NCBI RefSeq assembly: GCF_009914755.1
Contig: NC_060947.1
Origin: the human T2T-CHM13v2.0 reference genome, Homo sapiens
Strand: one strand, 5' to 3'
Length of the DNA stretch: 64,000 nt
The position numbers and the translations under genes were made by a program. Below the pieces are notes generated by a model. That model worked only from the letters and a program-made list of their open reading frames with translations, ran no database searches and was not told the DNA's origin. Of this stretch, positions 1 to 11,000 are shown piece by piece (position 1 is the stretch's first letter; every line of letters begins with the position of its first letter).

Positions 1-108
1 AGTTTCAAAACTGCTCCATCAAAAGGAGGGTTCAACTGTGTGACTTGAATGCAATCATCACTCAGAAGTTTCTGAGAATGCTTCTCTTTAGTTTTTACGT
101 GAACATAT

Positions 109-125
109 ACCCGTTTCGAACGAAG
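109..125 (-). promoter_or_regulatory. CENP-B box, variant with intact core (repeated in every HOR)
   Basis: The minus strand reads CTTCGTTCGAAACGGGT, which matches the essential nTTCGnnnnAnnCGGGn pattern. Confidence 0.85.
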
Positions 126-275
126 GCCACCCAGTGGTCCAAATATCCACTTGCAGATTCTACAGAAAGAGTGTTTCGAACCTGAACTCTCAAAGGCAGG
201 TTCATCTCTGCGAGTTAAATGCATTCATCATGAAGAACTTTCTCAGAGTGTTTGTGTTTAGTTATGGGAAATTAT

Positions 276-292
276 TCCCGTTTCCAACGAAA
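276..292 (-). promoter_or_regulatory. Canonical CENP-B box (mutated in 9 of 31 HOR copies)
   Basis: TCCCGTTTCCAACGAAA is the reverse complement of TTTCGTTGGAAACGGGA. Confidence 0.95.
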
Positions 293-615
293 TCCTCAGA
301 GAGCTCCAAATATCCACCTGCAGATTCTACCAAAAGTGTATTTGGAAACTGCTCCATCAAAAGGCATGTTCAGCTCTGTGAATGAAACTCCATCATCACA
401 ACGAATATTCTGAGAATGCTTCCGTTTACCTTTTATATGAAGTTCCTTCCTATACGACCGTAGGCCTCAAAGGAGTCCAAATCTCCATTTGCAGATTCTA
501 CAAAAAGAGTGATTCCAATCTGCTCTATCAATAGGATTGTTCAACTCCATGAGTTGAATGCCATCCTCACAAAGTAGTTTCTGAGAATGCTTCTATCTAG
601 TTTTTATGTGAAGAT

Positions 616-636
616 ATTTCCTTTTCCACCACAGGC
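616..636 (-). other. A-type monomer box (pJalpha-like) at the position homologous to the CENP-B box; related A boxes near 447, 1298, 1466 and 1823
   Basis: TTTCCTTTTCCACCACAGG replaces the B box. The cyclic A/B order is BBBAA-BBBAA-BA, as expected for pentameric SF3 HORs. Confidence 0.75.
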
Positions 637-788
637 CTCAAAGCCCTCCAAACGTCCACTTGCAGATTCTCGAAAAAGAGTGTTTCATAGCTGCTCTTTC
701 AAAAGGAAAGTTCAACTCTGGGAGTTGAATACAAACATCACAAAGTAGTTTCCGAGAATGCTTCTGTTTAGTTTTTATGTGAAGATGA

Positions 789-805
789 TCCCGTTTCCAG
801 TGAAA
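789..805 (-). other. Degenerate CENP-B box of a B-type monomer
   Basis: TCCCGTTTCCAGTGAAA: the essential TTCG on the minus strand has become TTCA. Confidence 0.8.
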
Positions 806-959
806 TCTTCAAAGAGGTCCACATATCCCCTTGCAGATTCCAAAGAAAGAGGGTTTCAAAACTGCTCCATCAAAAGGATTGTTCAACTCTGTGAGTTGAA
901 TGCAGTCATCGCAGAAAACTTTCTGAGAATGCTTCTGTCTAGGTTTGATGTGAAGATAT

Positions 960-976
960 AGACGTTTCAAATGAAG
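960..976 (-). other. Degenerate CENP-B box of a B-type monomer
   Basis: AGACGTTTCAAA(C/T)GAAG: the essential CGGG is lost, and this copy also lacks the TTCG CpG. Confidence 0.75.
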
Positions 977-1126
977 GCTACAAAGTGGTCAAAATATACA
1001 CTTGCAGATTCTACTACAAGGGTGTTGCAAACCTGAACTATCAAAGGAAGGTTCAACTCTGTGAGTTGAATACAAACATCACAAAGAATGTTCTGAGTTT
1101 GCTTCCGTTCAGTTATGGGAAGTTGA

Positions 1127-1143
1127 TCCCGTTTCCAACGAAA
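1127..1143 (-). promoter_or_regulatory. Canonical CENP-B box (repeated per HOR)
   Basis: TCCCGTTTCCAACGAAA is an exact match. Confidence 0.95.
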
Positions 1144-1634
1144 TCCTCAGAGAGGTCCAAATATCCCCTTGCAGATTCTACAAAACGTGTGTTTGGAAAC
1201 TGCTCCATCATAACGAATGTTCAGCTCCCTGAGTTAAACTCCATCGTCACAAAGAATTTTCTGAGAGTGCTACCGTCTGGTTTTTATATGAAGTTCTTTC
1301 CTTCACTACCACAGGCCTCAAAGCGGTCCAAATCTCCACTTGCAGATTCTACAAAAAGAGTGTTTGCAAACTGCTCTATCAAAAGGAATGTTCAACTCTG
1401 GGAGTTGAATGCAATCATCACAGAGCAGTTTCTGAGAATGCTTCTATGTCGTTTTTAGAAGATATTTCCTTTTCCAACACAGTCCTCCAAGCCCGCTAAA
1501 TAGCCACTTGCACATTGTAGAAAAAGTGTGTCAAAGCTGCGCTATCAAAGGGAAAGTTCAACTCTGTGAGGTGAATGCAAACATCCCAAAGAAGTTTCTG
1601 AGAATGCTTCCGTTTAGCTTTTAGGTGAAGATTA

Positions 1635-1651
1635 TCCCGTTTCCAACGAAA
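1635..1651 (-). promoter_or_regulatory. Canonical CENP-B box (repeated per HOR)
   Basis: TCCCGTTTCCAACGAAA is an exact match. Confidence 0.95.
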
Positions 1652-1680
1652 CCTTCAAAGAGGTCCAAATATCCCCTTGC

Positions 1681-1686
1681 GGATCC
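1681..1686. other. BamHI site, one per HOR (diagnostic 2.0-kb periodicity)
   Basis: GGATCC occurs in the context CCTTGCGGATCCCACAG in each copy read (e.g. ~3738, ~5793, ~63372). Confidence 0.9.
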
Positions 1687-1806
1687 CACAGAAAGAGTGT
1701 TTCGAAACTGCTGTTTCAAAAGGAATCTTCAACTCTGTGAGTTGAATGCAATCATCACAAAGAAGTTTCTGACAATGCTTCTCTCTCGTCTTTCTGTGAA
1801 GATAAA

Positions 1807-1847
1807 GGAAAAGGCTTTCAGGCCTTTGCCACCACAGGCCTGAAAGC
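1807..1847. repeat. Overlapping inverted repeats in the 186-bp monomer (repeated per HOR)
   Basis: GCTTTCAGGCCT (1814-1825) is the exact reverse complement of AGGCCTGAAAGC (1836-1847). GGAAAAGGC (1807-1815) pairs with GCCTTT(T/G)CC (1822-1830). Confidence 0.9.
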
Positions 1848-1991
1848 GCTCCAAATGTCCACTTGCAGATTCTGCGAAAAGAATATTTCAAAACTGCTCT
1901 ATGAAAAGCAATGTTAAACTCTGTGGCTCGAACACAAACATCACAAAGCGGTTTCTGAGAATGCTTCAGTTTAGTTTTTCTGTGGAAATAT

Positions 1992-2008
1992 TCCCGTTTC
2001 CAAAGAAA
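1992..2008 (-). other. Degenerate CENP-B box of a B-type monomer
   Basis: TCCCGTTTCCAAAGAAA: the essential TTCG has become TTCT. Confidence 0.8.
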
Positions 2009-5000
2009 TCTTCAAAGAGGTCCACGTATCCACTTACAGATTCTACAAAAAGACAGTTTCAAAACTGCTCCATCAAAAGGAGGGTTCAACTGTGTGACTT
2101 GAATGCAATCATCACTCAGAAGTTTCTGAGAATGCTTCTCTTTAGTTTTTACGTGAACATATACCCGTTTCGAACGAAGGCCACCCAGTGGTCCAAATAT
2201 CCACTTGCAGATTCTACAGAAAGAGTGTTTCGAACCTGAACTCTCAAAGGCAGGTTCATCTCTGCGAGTTAAATGCATTCGTCATGAAGAACTTTCTCAG
2301 CGTGTTTGTGTTTAGTTATGGGAAATTATTCCCGTTCCCAAAGAAATCCTCAGAGAGGTCCAAATGTCCACCTGCAGATTCTACCAAAAGTGTATTTGGA
2401 AACTGCTCCATCAACAGGCATGTTCAGCTCTGTGAGTGAAACTCCATCATCACAAAGAATATTCTGAGAATGCTTCCGTTTGCCTTTTATATGAAGTTCC
2501 TTCCTATACGACCGTAGGCCTCAAAGCAGTCCAAATCTCCATTTGCAGATTCTACAAAAAGAGTGATTCCAATCTGCTCTATCAATAGGATTGTTCAACT
2601 CCATGAGTTGAATGCCATCCTCACAAAGTCGTTTCTGAGAATGCTTCTATCTAGTTTTTATGTGAAGATATTTCCTTTTCCACCACAGGCCTCAAAGCCC
2701 TCCAAACGTCCACTTGCAGATTCTCGAAAAAGAGTGTTTCATAGCTGCTCTTTCAAAAGGAAAGTTCAACTCTGGGAGTTGAATACAAACATCACAAAGT
2801 AGTTTCCGAGAATGCTTCTGTTTAGTTTTTATGTGAAGATGATCCCGTTTCCAGTGAAATCTTCAAAGAGGTCCACATATCCCCTTGCAGATTCCAAAGA
2901 AAGAGGGTTTCAAAACTGCTCCATCAGAAGGATTGTTCAACTCTGTGAGTTGAATGCAGTCATCGCAGAAAACTTTCTGAGAATGCTTCTGTCTAGGTTT
3001 GATGTGAAGATATAGACGTTTCAAATGAAGGCTACAAAGTGGTCAAAATATACACTTGCAGATTCTACTACAAGGGTGTTGCAAACCTGAACTATCAAAG
3101 GAAGGTTCAACTCTGTGAGTTGAATACAAACATCACAAAGAATGTTCTGAGTTTGCTTCCGTTCAGTTATGGGAAGCTGATCCCGTTTCCAACGAAATCC
3201 TCAGAGAGGTCCAAATATCCCCTTGCAGATTCTACAAAACGTGTGTTTGGAAACTGCTCCATCATAACGAATGTTCAGCTCCCTGAGTTAAACTCCATCG
3301 TCACAAAGAATTTTCTGAGAGTGCTACCGTCTGGTTTTTATATGAAGTTCTTTCCTTCACTACCACTGGCCTCAAAGCGGTCCAAATCTCCACTTGCAGA
3401 TTCTACAAAAAGAGTGTTTGCAAACTGCTCTATCAAAAGGAATGTTCAACTCTGGGAGTTGAATGCAATCATCACAGAGCAGTTTCTGAGAATGCTTCTA
3501 TGTCGTTTTTAGGAGAAGATATTTCCTTTTCCAACACAGTCCTCCAAGTCCGCTAAATAGCCACTTGCACATTGTAGAAAAAGTGTGTCAAAGCTGCGCT
3601 ATCAAAGGGAAAGTTCAACTCTGAGAGGTGAATGCAAACATCCCAAAGAAGTTTCTGAGAGTGCTTCCGTTTAGCTTTTAGGTGAAGATTATCCCGTTTC
3701 CAACGAAACCTTCAAAGAAGTCCAAATATCCCCTTGCGGATCCCACAGAAAGAGTGTTTCGAAACTGCTGTTTCAAAAGGAATCTTCAACTCTGTGAGTT
3801 GAATGCAATCATCACAAAGAAGTTTCTGACAATGCTTCTCTCTCGTCTTTCTGTGAAGATAAATAAATGCTTTCAGGCCTTTGCCACCACAGGCCTGAAA
3901 GCGCTCCAAATGTCCACTTGCAGATTCTGCGAAAAGAATATTTCAAAACTGCTTTGTGAAAAGCAATGTTAAACTCTGTGGCTCGAACACAAACATCACA
4001 AAGCGGTTTCTGAGAATGCTTCAGTTTAGTTTTTCTGTGGAAATATTCCCGTTTCCAAAGAAATCTTCAAAGAGGTCCACGTATCCACTTACAGATTCTA
4101 CAAAAAGACAGTTTCAAAACTGCTCCATCAAAAGGAGGGTTCAACTGTGTGACTTGAATGCAATCATCACTCAGAAGTTTCTGAGAATGCTTCTCTTTAG
4201 TTTTTACGTGAACATATACCCGTTTCGAACGAAGGCCACCCAGTGGTCCAAATATCCACTTGCAGATTCTACAGAAAGAGTGTTTCGAACCTGAACTCTC
4301 AAAGGCAGGTTCATCTCTGCGAGTTAAATGCATTCATCATGAAGAACTTTCTCAGAGTGTTTGTGTTTAGTTATGGGAAATTATTCCCGTTTCCAACGAA
4401 ATCCTCAGAGAGCTCCAAATATCCACCTGCAGATTCTACCAAAAGTGTATTTGGAAACTGCTCCATCAAAAGGCATGTTCAGCTCTGTGAGTGAAACTCC
4501 ATCATCACAAAGAATATTCTGAGAATGCTTCCGTTTGCCTTTTATCTGAAGTTCCTTCCTATACGACCGTAGGCCTCAAAGCAGTCCAAATCTCCATTTG
4601 CAGATTCTACAAAAAGAGTGATTCCAATCTGCTCTATCAATAGGATTGTTCAACTCCATGAGTTGAATGCCATCCTCACAAAGTCGTTTCTGAGAATGCT
4701 TCTATCTAGTTTTTATGTGAAGATATTTCCTTTTCCACCACAGGCCTCAAAGCCCTCCAAACGTCCACTTGCAGATTCTCGAAAAGGAGTGTTTCATAGC
4801 TGCTCTTTCAAAAGGAAAGTTCAACTCTGGGAGTTGAATACAAACATCACAAAGTAGTTTCCGAGAATGCTTCTGTTTAGTTTTTATGTGAAGATGATCC
4901 CGTTTCCAGTGAAATCTTCAAAGAGGTCCACATATCCCCTTGCAGATTCCAAAGAAAGAGGGTTTCAAAACTGCTCCATCAGAAGGATTGTTCAACTCTG

Positions 5001-8000
5001 TGAGTTGAATGCAGTCATCGCAGAAAACTTTCTGAGAATGCTTCTGTCTAGGTTTGATGTGAAGATATAGACGTTTCAAACGAAGGCTACAAAGTGGTCA
5101 AAATATACACTTGCAGATTCTACTACAAGGGTGTTGCAAACCTGAACTATCAAAGGAAGGTTCAACTCTGTGAGTTGAATACAAACATCACAAAGAATGT
5201 TCTGAGTTTGCTTCCGTTCAGTTATGGGAAGTTGATCCCGTTTCCAACGAAATCCTCAGAGAGGTCCAAATATCCCCTTGCAGATTCTACAAAACGTGTG
5301 TTTGGAAACTGCTCCATCATAACGAATGTTCAGCTCCCTGAGTTAAACTCCATCGTCACAAAGAATTTTCTGAGAGTGCTACCGTCTGGTTTTTATATGA
5401 AGTTCTTTCCTTCACTACCACAGGCCTCAAAGCGGTCCAAATCTCCACTTGCAGATTCTACAAAAAGAGTGTTTGCAAACTGCTCTATCAAAAGGAATGT
5501 TCAACTCTGGGAGTTGAATGCAATCATCACAGAGCAGTTTCTGAGAATGCTTCTATGTCGTTTTTAGGAGAAGATATTTCCTTTTCCAACACAATCCTCC
5601 AAGCCCGCTAAATAGCCACTTGCACATTGTAGAAAAAGTGTGTCAAAGCTGCGCTATCAAAGGGAAAGTTCAACTCTGTGAGGTGAATGCAAACATCCCA
5701 AAGAAGTTTCTGAGAATGCTTCCGTTTAGCTTTTAGGTGAAGATTATCCCGTTTCCAACGAAACCTTCAAAGAGGTCCAAATATCCCCTTGCGGATCCCA
5801 CAGAAAGAGTGTTTCGAAACTGCTGTTTCAAAAGGAATCTTCAACTCTGTGAGTTGAATGCAATCATCACAAAGAAGTTTCTGACAATGCTTCTCTCTCG
5901 TCTTTCTGTGAAGATAAAGGAAAAGGCTTTCAGGCCTTTTCCACCACAGGCCTGAAAGCGCTCCAAATGTCCACTTGCAGATTCTGCGAAAAGAATATTT
6001 CAAAACTGCTCTATGAAAAGCAATGTTAAACTCTGTGGCTCGAACACAAACATCACAAAGCAGTTTCTGAGAATGCTTCAGTTTAGTTTTTCTGTGGAAA
6101 TATTCCCGTTTCCAAAGAAATCTTCAAAGAGGTCCACGTATCCACTTACAGATTCTACAAAAAGACAGTTTCAAAACTGCTCCATCAAAAGGAGGGTTCA
6201 ACTGTGTGACTTGAATGCAATCATCACTCAGAAGTTTCTGAGAATGCTTCTCTTTAGTTTTTACGTGAACATATACCCGTTTCGAACGAAGGCCACCCAG
6301 TGGTCCAAATATCCACTTGCAGATTCTACAGAAAGAGTGTTTCGAACCTGAACTCTCAAAGGCAGGTTCATCTCTGCGAGTTAAATGCATTCATCATGAA
6401 GAACTTTCTCAGAGTGTTTGTGTTTAGTTATGGGAAATTATTCCCGTTTCCAACGAAATCCTCAGAGAGCTCCAAATATCCACCTGCAGATTCTACCAAA
6501 AGTGTATTTGGAAACTGCTCCATCAAAAGGCATGTTCAGCTCTGTGAGTGAAACTCCATCATCACAAAGAATATTCTGAGAATGCTTCCGTTTGCCTTTT
6601 ATCTGAAGTTCCTTCCTATACGACCGTAGGCCTCAAAGCAGTCCAAATCTCCATTTGCAGATTCTACAAAAAGAGTGATTCCAATCTGCTCTATCAATAG
6701 GATTGTTCAACTCCATGAGTTGAATGCCATCCTCACAAAGTCGTTTCTGAGAATGCTTCTATCTAGTTTTTATGTGAAGATATTTCCTTTTCCACCACAG
6801 GCCTCAAAGCCCTCCAAACGTCCACTTGCAGATTCTCGAAAAAGAGTGTTTCATAGCTGCTCTTTCAAAAGGAAAGTTCAACTCTGGGAGTTGAATACAA
6901 ACATCACAAAGTAGTTTCCGAGAATGCTTCTGTTTAGTTTTTATGTGAAGATGATCCCGTTTCCAGTGAAATCTTCAAAGAGGTCCACATATCCCCTTGC
7001 AGATTCCAAAGAAAGAGGGTTTCAAAACTGCTCCATCAGAAGGATTGTTCAACTCTGTGAGTTGAATGCAGTCATCGCAGAAAACTTTCTGAGAATGCTT
7101 CTGTCTAGGTTTGATGTGAAGATATAAACGTTTCAAATGAAGGCTACAAAGTGGTCAAAATATACACTTGCAGATTCTACTACAAGGGTGTTGCAAACCT
7201 GAACTATCAAAGGAAGGTTCAGCTCTGTGAGTTGAATACAAACATCACAAAGAATGTTCTGAGTTTGCTTCCGTTCAGTTATGGGAAGTTGATCCCGTTT
7301 CCAACGAAATCCTCAGAGAGGTCCAAATATCCCCTTGCAGATTCTACAAAACGTGTGTTTGGAAACTGCTCCATCATAACGAATGTTCAGCTCCCTGAGT
7401 TAAACTCCATCGTCACAAAGAATTTTCTGAGAGTGCTACCGTCTGGTTTTTATATGAAGTTCTTTCCTTCACTACCACTGGCCTCAAAGCGGTCCAAATC
7501 TCCACTTGCAGATTCTACAAAAAGAGTGTTTGCAAACTGCTCTATCAAAAGGAATGTTCAACTCTGGGAGTTGAATGCAATCATCACAGAGCAGTTTCTG
7601 AGAATGCTTCTATGTCGTTTTTAGGAGAAGATATTTCCTTTTCCAACACAGTCCTCCAAGCCCGCTAAATAGCCACTTGCACATTGTAGAAAAAGTGTGT
7701 CAAAGCTGCGCTATCAAAGGGAAAGTTCAACTCTGTGAGGTGAATGCAAACATCCCAAAGAAGTTTCTGAGAATGCTTCCGTTTAGCTTTTAGGTGAAGA
7801 TTAACCCGTTTCCAACGAAACCTTCAAAGAGGTCCAAATATCCCCTTGCGGATCCCACAGAAAGAGTGTTTCGAAACTGCTGTTTCAAAAGGAATCTTCA
7901 ACTCTGTGAGTTGAATGCAATCATCACAAAGAAGTTTCTGACAATGCTTCTCTCTCGTCTTTCTGTGAAGATAAAGGAAAAGGCTTTCAGGCCTTTTCCA

Positions 8001-11000
8001 CCACAGGCCTGAAAGCGCTCCAAATGTCCACTTGCAGATTCTGCGAAAAGAATATTTCAAAACTGCTCTATGAAAAGCAATGGTAAACTCTGTGGCTCGA
8101 ACACAAACATCACAAAGCGGTTTCTGAGAATGCTTCAGTTTAGTTTTTCTGTGGAAATATTCCCGTTTCCAAAGAAATCTTCAAAGAGGTCCACGTATCC
8201 ACTTACAGATTCTACAAAAAGACAGTTTCAAAACTGCTCCATCAAAAGGAGGGTTCAACTGTGTGACTTGAATGCAATCATCACTCAGAAGTTTCTGAGA
8301 ATGCTTCTCTTTAGTTTTTAGGTGAACATATACCCGTTTCGAACGAAGGCCACCCAGTGGTCCAAATATCCACTTGCAGATTATACAGAAAGAGTGTTTC
8401 GAACCTGAACTCTCAAAGGCAGGTTCATCTCTGCGAGTTAAATGCATTCATCATGAAGAACTTTCTCAGAGTGTTTGTGTTTAGTTATGGGAAATTATTC
8501 CCTTTTCCAACGAAATCCTCAGAGAGCTCCAAATATCCACCTGCAGATTCTACCAAAAGTGTATTTGGAAACTGCTCCATCAAAAGGCATGTTCAGCTCT
8601 GTGAGTGAAACTCCATCATCACAAAGAATATTCTGAGAATGCTTCCGTTTGCCTTTTATATGACGTTCCTTCCTGTACTACCGTAGGCCTCAAAGCAGTC
8701 CAAATCTCCATTTGCAGATTCTATAAAAAGAGTGATTCCAATCTGCTCTATCAATAGGATTGTTCAACTCCATGAGTTGAATGCCATCCTCACAAAGTAG
8801 TTTCTGAGAATGCTTCTATCTGGTTTTTGTGTGAAGATATTTCCTTTTCCACCACAGGCCTCAAAGCCCTCCAAACGTCCACTTGCAGATTCTCGAAAAA
8901 GAGTGTTTCATAGCTGCTCTTTCAAAAGGAAAGTTCAACTCTGGGAGTTGAATACAAACATCACAAAGTAGTTTCCGAGAATGCTTCTGTTTAGTTTTTA
9001 TGTGAAGATGATCCCGTTTCCAGTGAAATCTTCAAAGAGGTCCACATATCCCCTTGCAGATTCCAAAGAAAGAGGGTTTCAAAACTGCTCCATCAATAGG
9101 ATTGTTCAACTCTGTGAGTTGAATGCAGTCATCGCAGAAAACTTTCTGAGAATGCTTCTGTCTAGGTTTGATGTGAAGATATAGACGTTTCAAATGAAGG
9201 CTACAAAGTGGTCAAAATATACACTTGCAGATTCTACTACAAGGGTGTTGCAAACCTGAACTATCAAAGGAAGGTTCAACTCTGTGAGTTGAATACAAAC
9301 ATCACAAAGAATGTTCTGAGTTTGCTTCCGTTCAGTTATGGGAAGTTGATCCCGTTTCCAACGAAATCCTCAGAGAGGTCCAAATATCCCCTTGCAGATT
9401 CTACAAAACGTGTGTTTGGAAACTGCTCCATCATAACGAATGTTCAGCTCCCTGAGTTAAACTCCATCGTCACAAAGAATTTTCTGAGAGTGCTACCGTC
9501 TGGTTTTTATATGAAGTTCTTTCCTTCACTACCACTGGCCTCAAAGCGGTCCAAATCTCCACTTGCAGATTCTACAAAAAGAGTGTTTGCAAACTGCTCT
9601 ATCAAAAGGAATGTTCAACTCTGGGAGTTGAATGCAATCATCACAGAGCAGTTTCTGAGAATGCTTCTATGTCGTTTTTAGGAGAAGATATTTCCTTTTC
9701 CAACACAGTCCTCCAAGTCCGCTAAATAGCCACTTGCACATTGTAGAAAAAGTGTGTCAAAGCTGCGCTATCAAAGGGAAAGTTCAACTCTGAGAGGTGA
9801 ATGCAAACATCCCAAAGAAGTTTCTGAGAGTGCTTCCGTTTAGCTTTTAGGTGAAGATTATCCCGTTTCCAACGAAACCTTCAAAGAAGTCCAAATATCC
9901 CCTTGCGGATCCCACAGAAAGAGTGTTTCGAAACTGCTGTTTCAAAAGGAATCTTCAACTCTGTGAGTTGAATGCAATCATCACAAAGAAGTTTCTGACA
10001 ATGCTTCTCTCTCGTCTTTCTGTGAAGATAAATAAATGCTTTCAGGCCTTTGCCACCACAGGCCTGAAAGCGCTCCAAATGTCCACTTGCAGATTCTGCG
10101 AAAAGAATATTTCAAAACTGCTTTGTGAAAAGCAATGTTAAACTCTGTGGCTCGAACACAAACATCACAAAGCGGTTTCTGAGAATGCTTCAGTTTAGTT
10201 TTTCTGTGGAAATATTCCCGTTTCCAAAGAAATCTTCAAAGAGGTCCACGTATCCACTTACAGATTCTACAAAAAGACAGTTTCAAAACTGCTCCATCAA
10301 AAGGAGGGTTCAACTGTGTGACTTGAATGCAATCATCACTCAGAAGTTTCTGAGAATGCTTCTCTTTAGTTTTTACGTGAACATATACCCGTTTCGAACG
10401 AAGGCCACCCAGTGGTCCAAATATCCACTTGCAGATTCTACAGAAAGAGTGTTTCGAACCTGAACTCTCAAAGGCAGGTTCATCTCTGCGAGTTAAATGC
10501 ATTCATCATGAAGAACTTTCTCAGAGTGTTTGTGTTTAGTTATGGGAAATTATTCCCGTTTCCAACGAAATCCTCAGAGAGCTCCAAATATCCACCTGCA
10601 GATTCTACCAAAAGTGTATTTGGAAACTGCTCCATCAAAAGGCATGTTCAGCTCTGTGAGTGAAACTCCATCATCACAAAGAATATTCTGAGAATGCTTC
10701 CGTTTGCCTTTTATCTGAAGTTCCTTCCTATACGACCGTAGGCCTCAAAGCAGTCCAAATCTCCATTTGCAGATTCTACAAAAAGAGTGATTCCAATCTG
10801 CTCTATCAATAGGATTGTTCAACTCCATGAGTTGAATGCCATCCTCACAAAGTCGTTTCTGAGAATGCTTCTATCTAGTTTTTATGTGAAGATATTTCCT
10901 TTTCCACCACAGGCCTCAAAGCCCTCCAAACGTCCACTTGCAGATTCTCGAAAAGGAGTGTTTCATAGCTGCTCTTTCAAAAGGAAAGTTCAACTCTGGG

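Larger units (their letters stand above)
1..2054. repeat. First HOR copy (12 monomers; this copy carries a 3-bp deletion)
   Basis: The CTGAGA-type anchor falls at 72, 242, 410, 581, 752, 923, 1093, 1261, 1432, 1598, 1769, 1955 and 2126. This gives intervals of 170, 168, 171, 171, 171, 170, 168, 171, 166 (169 in canonical copies), 171, 186 and 171, which sum to 2054. Confidence 0.95.

Noticed and set aside
985-1458. 157-aa ORF repeated in all 31 HORs, and all other ORFs in the track (60-125 aa)
   Set aside because: These are translations of alphoid monomers (171 bp = 57 codons, giving internal repeats such as KYPLADST and VQLCELN). Many start at GTG, none has a recognisable domain, and their conservation simply follows HOR homogeneity.
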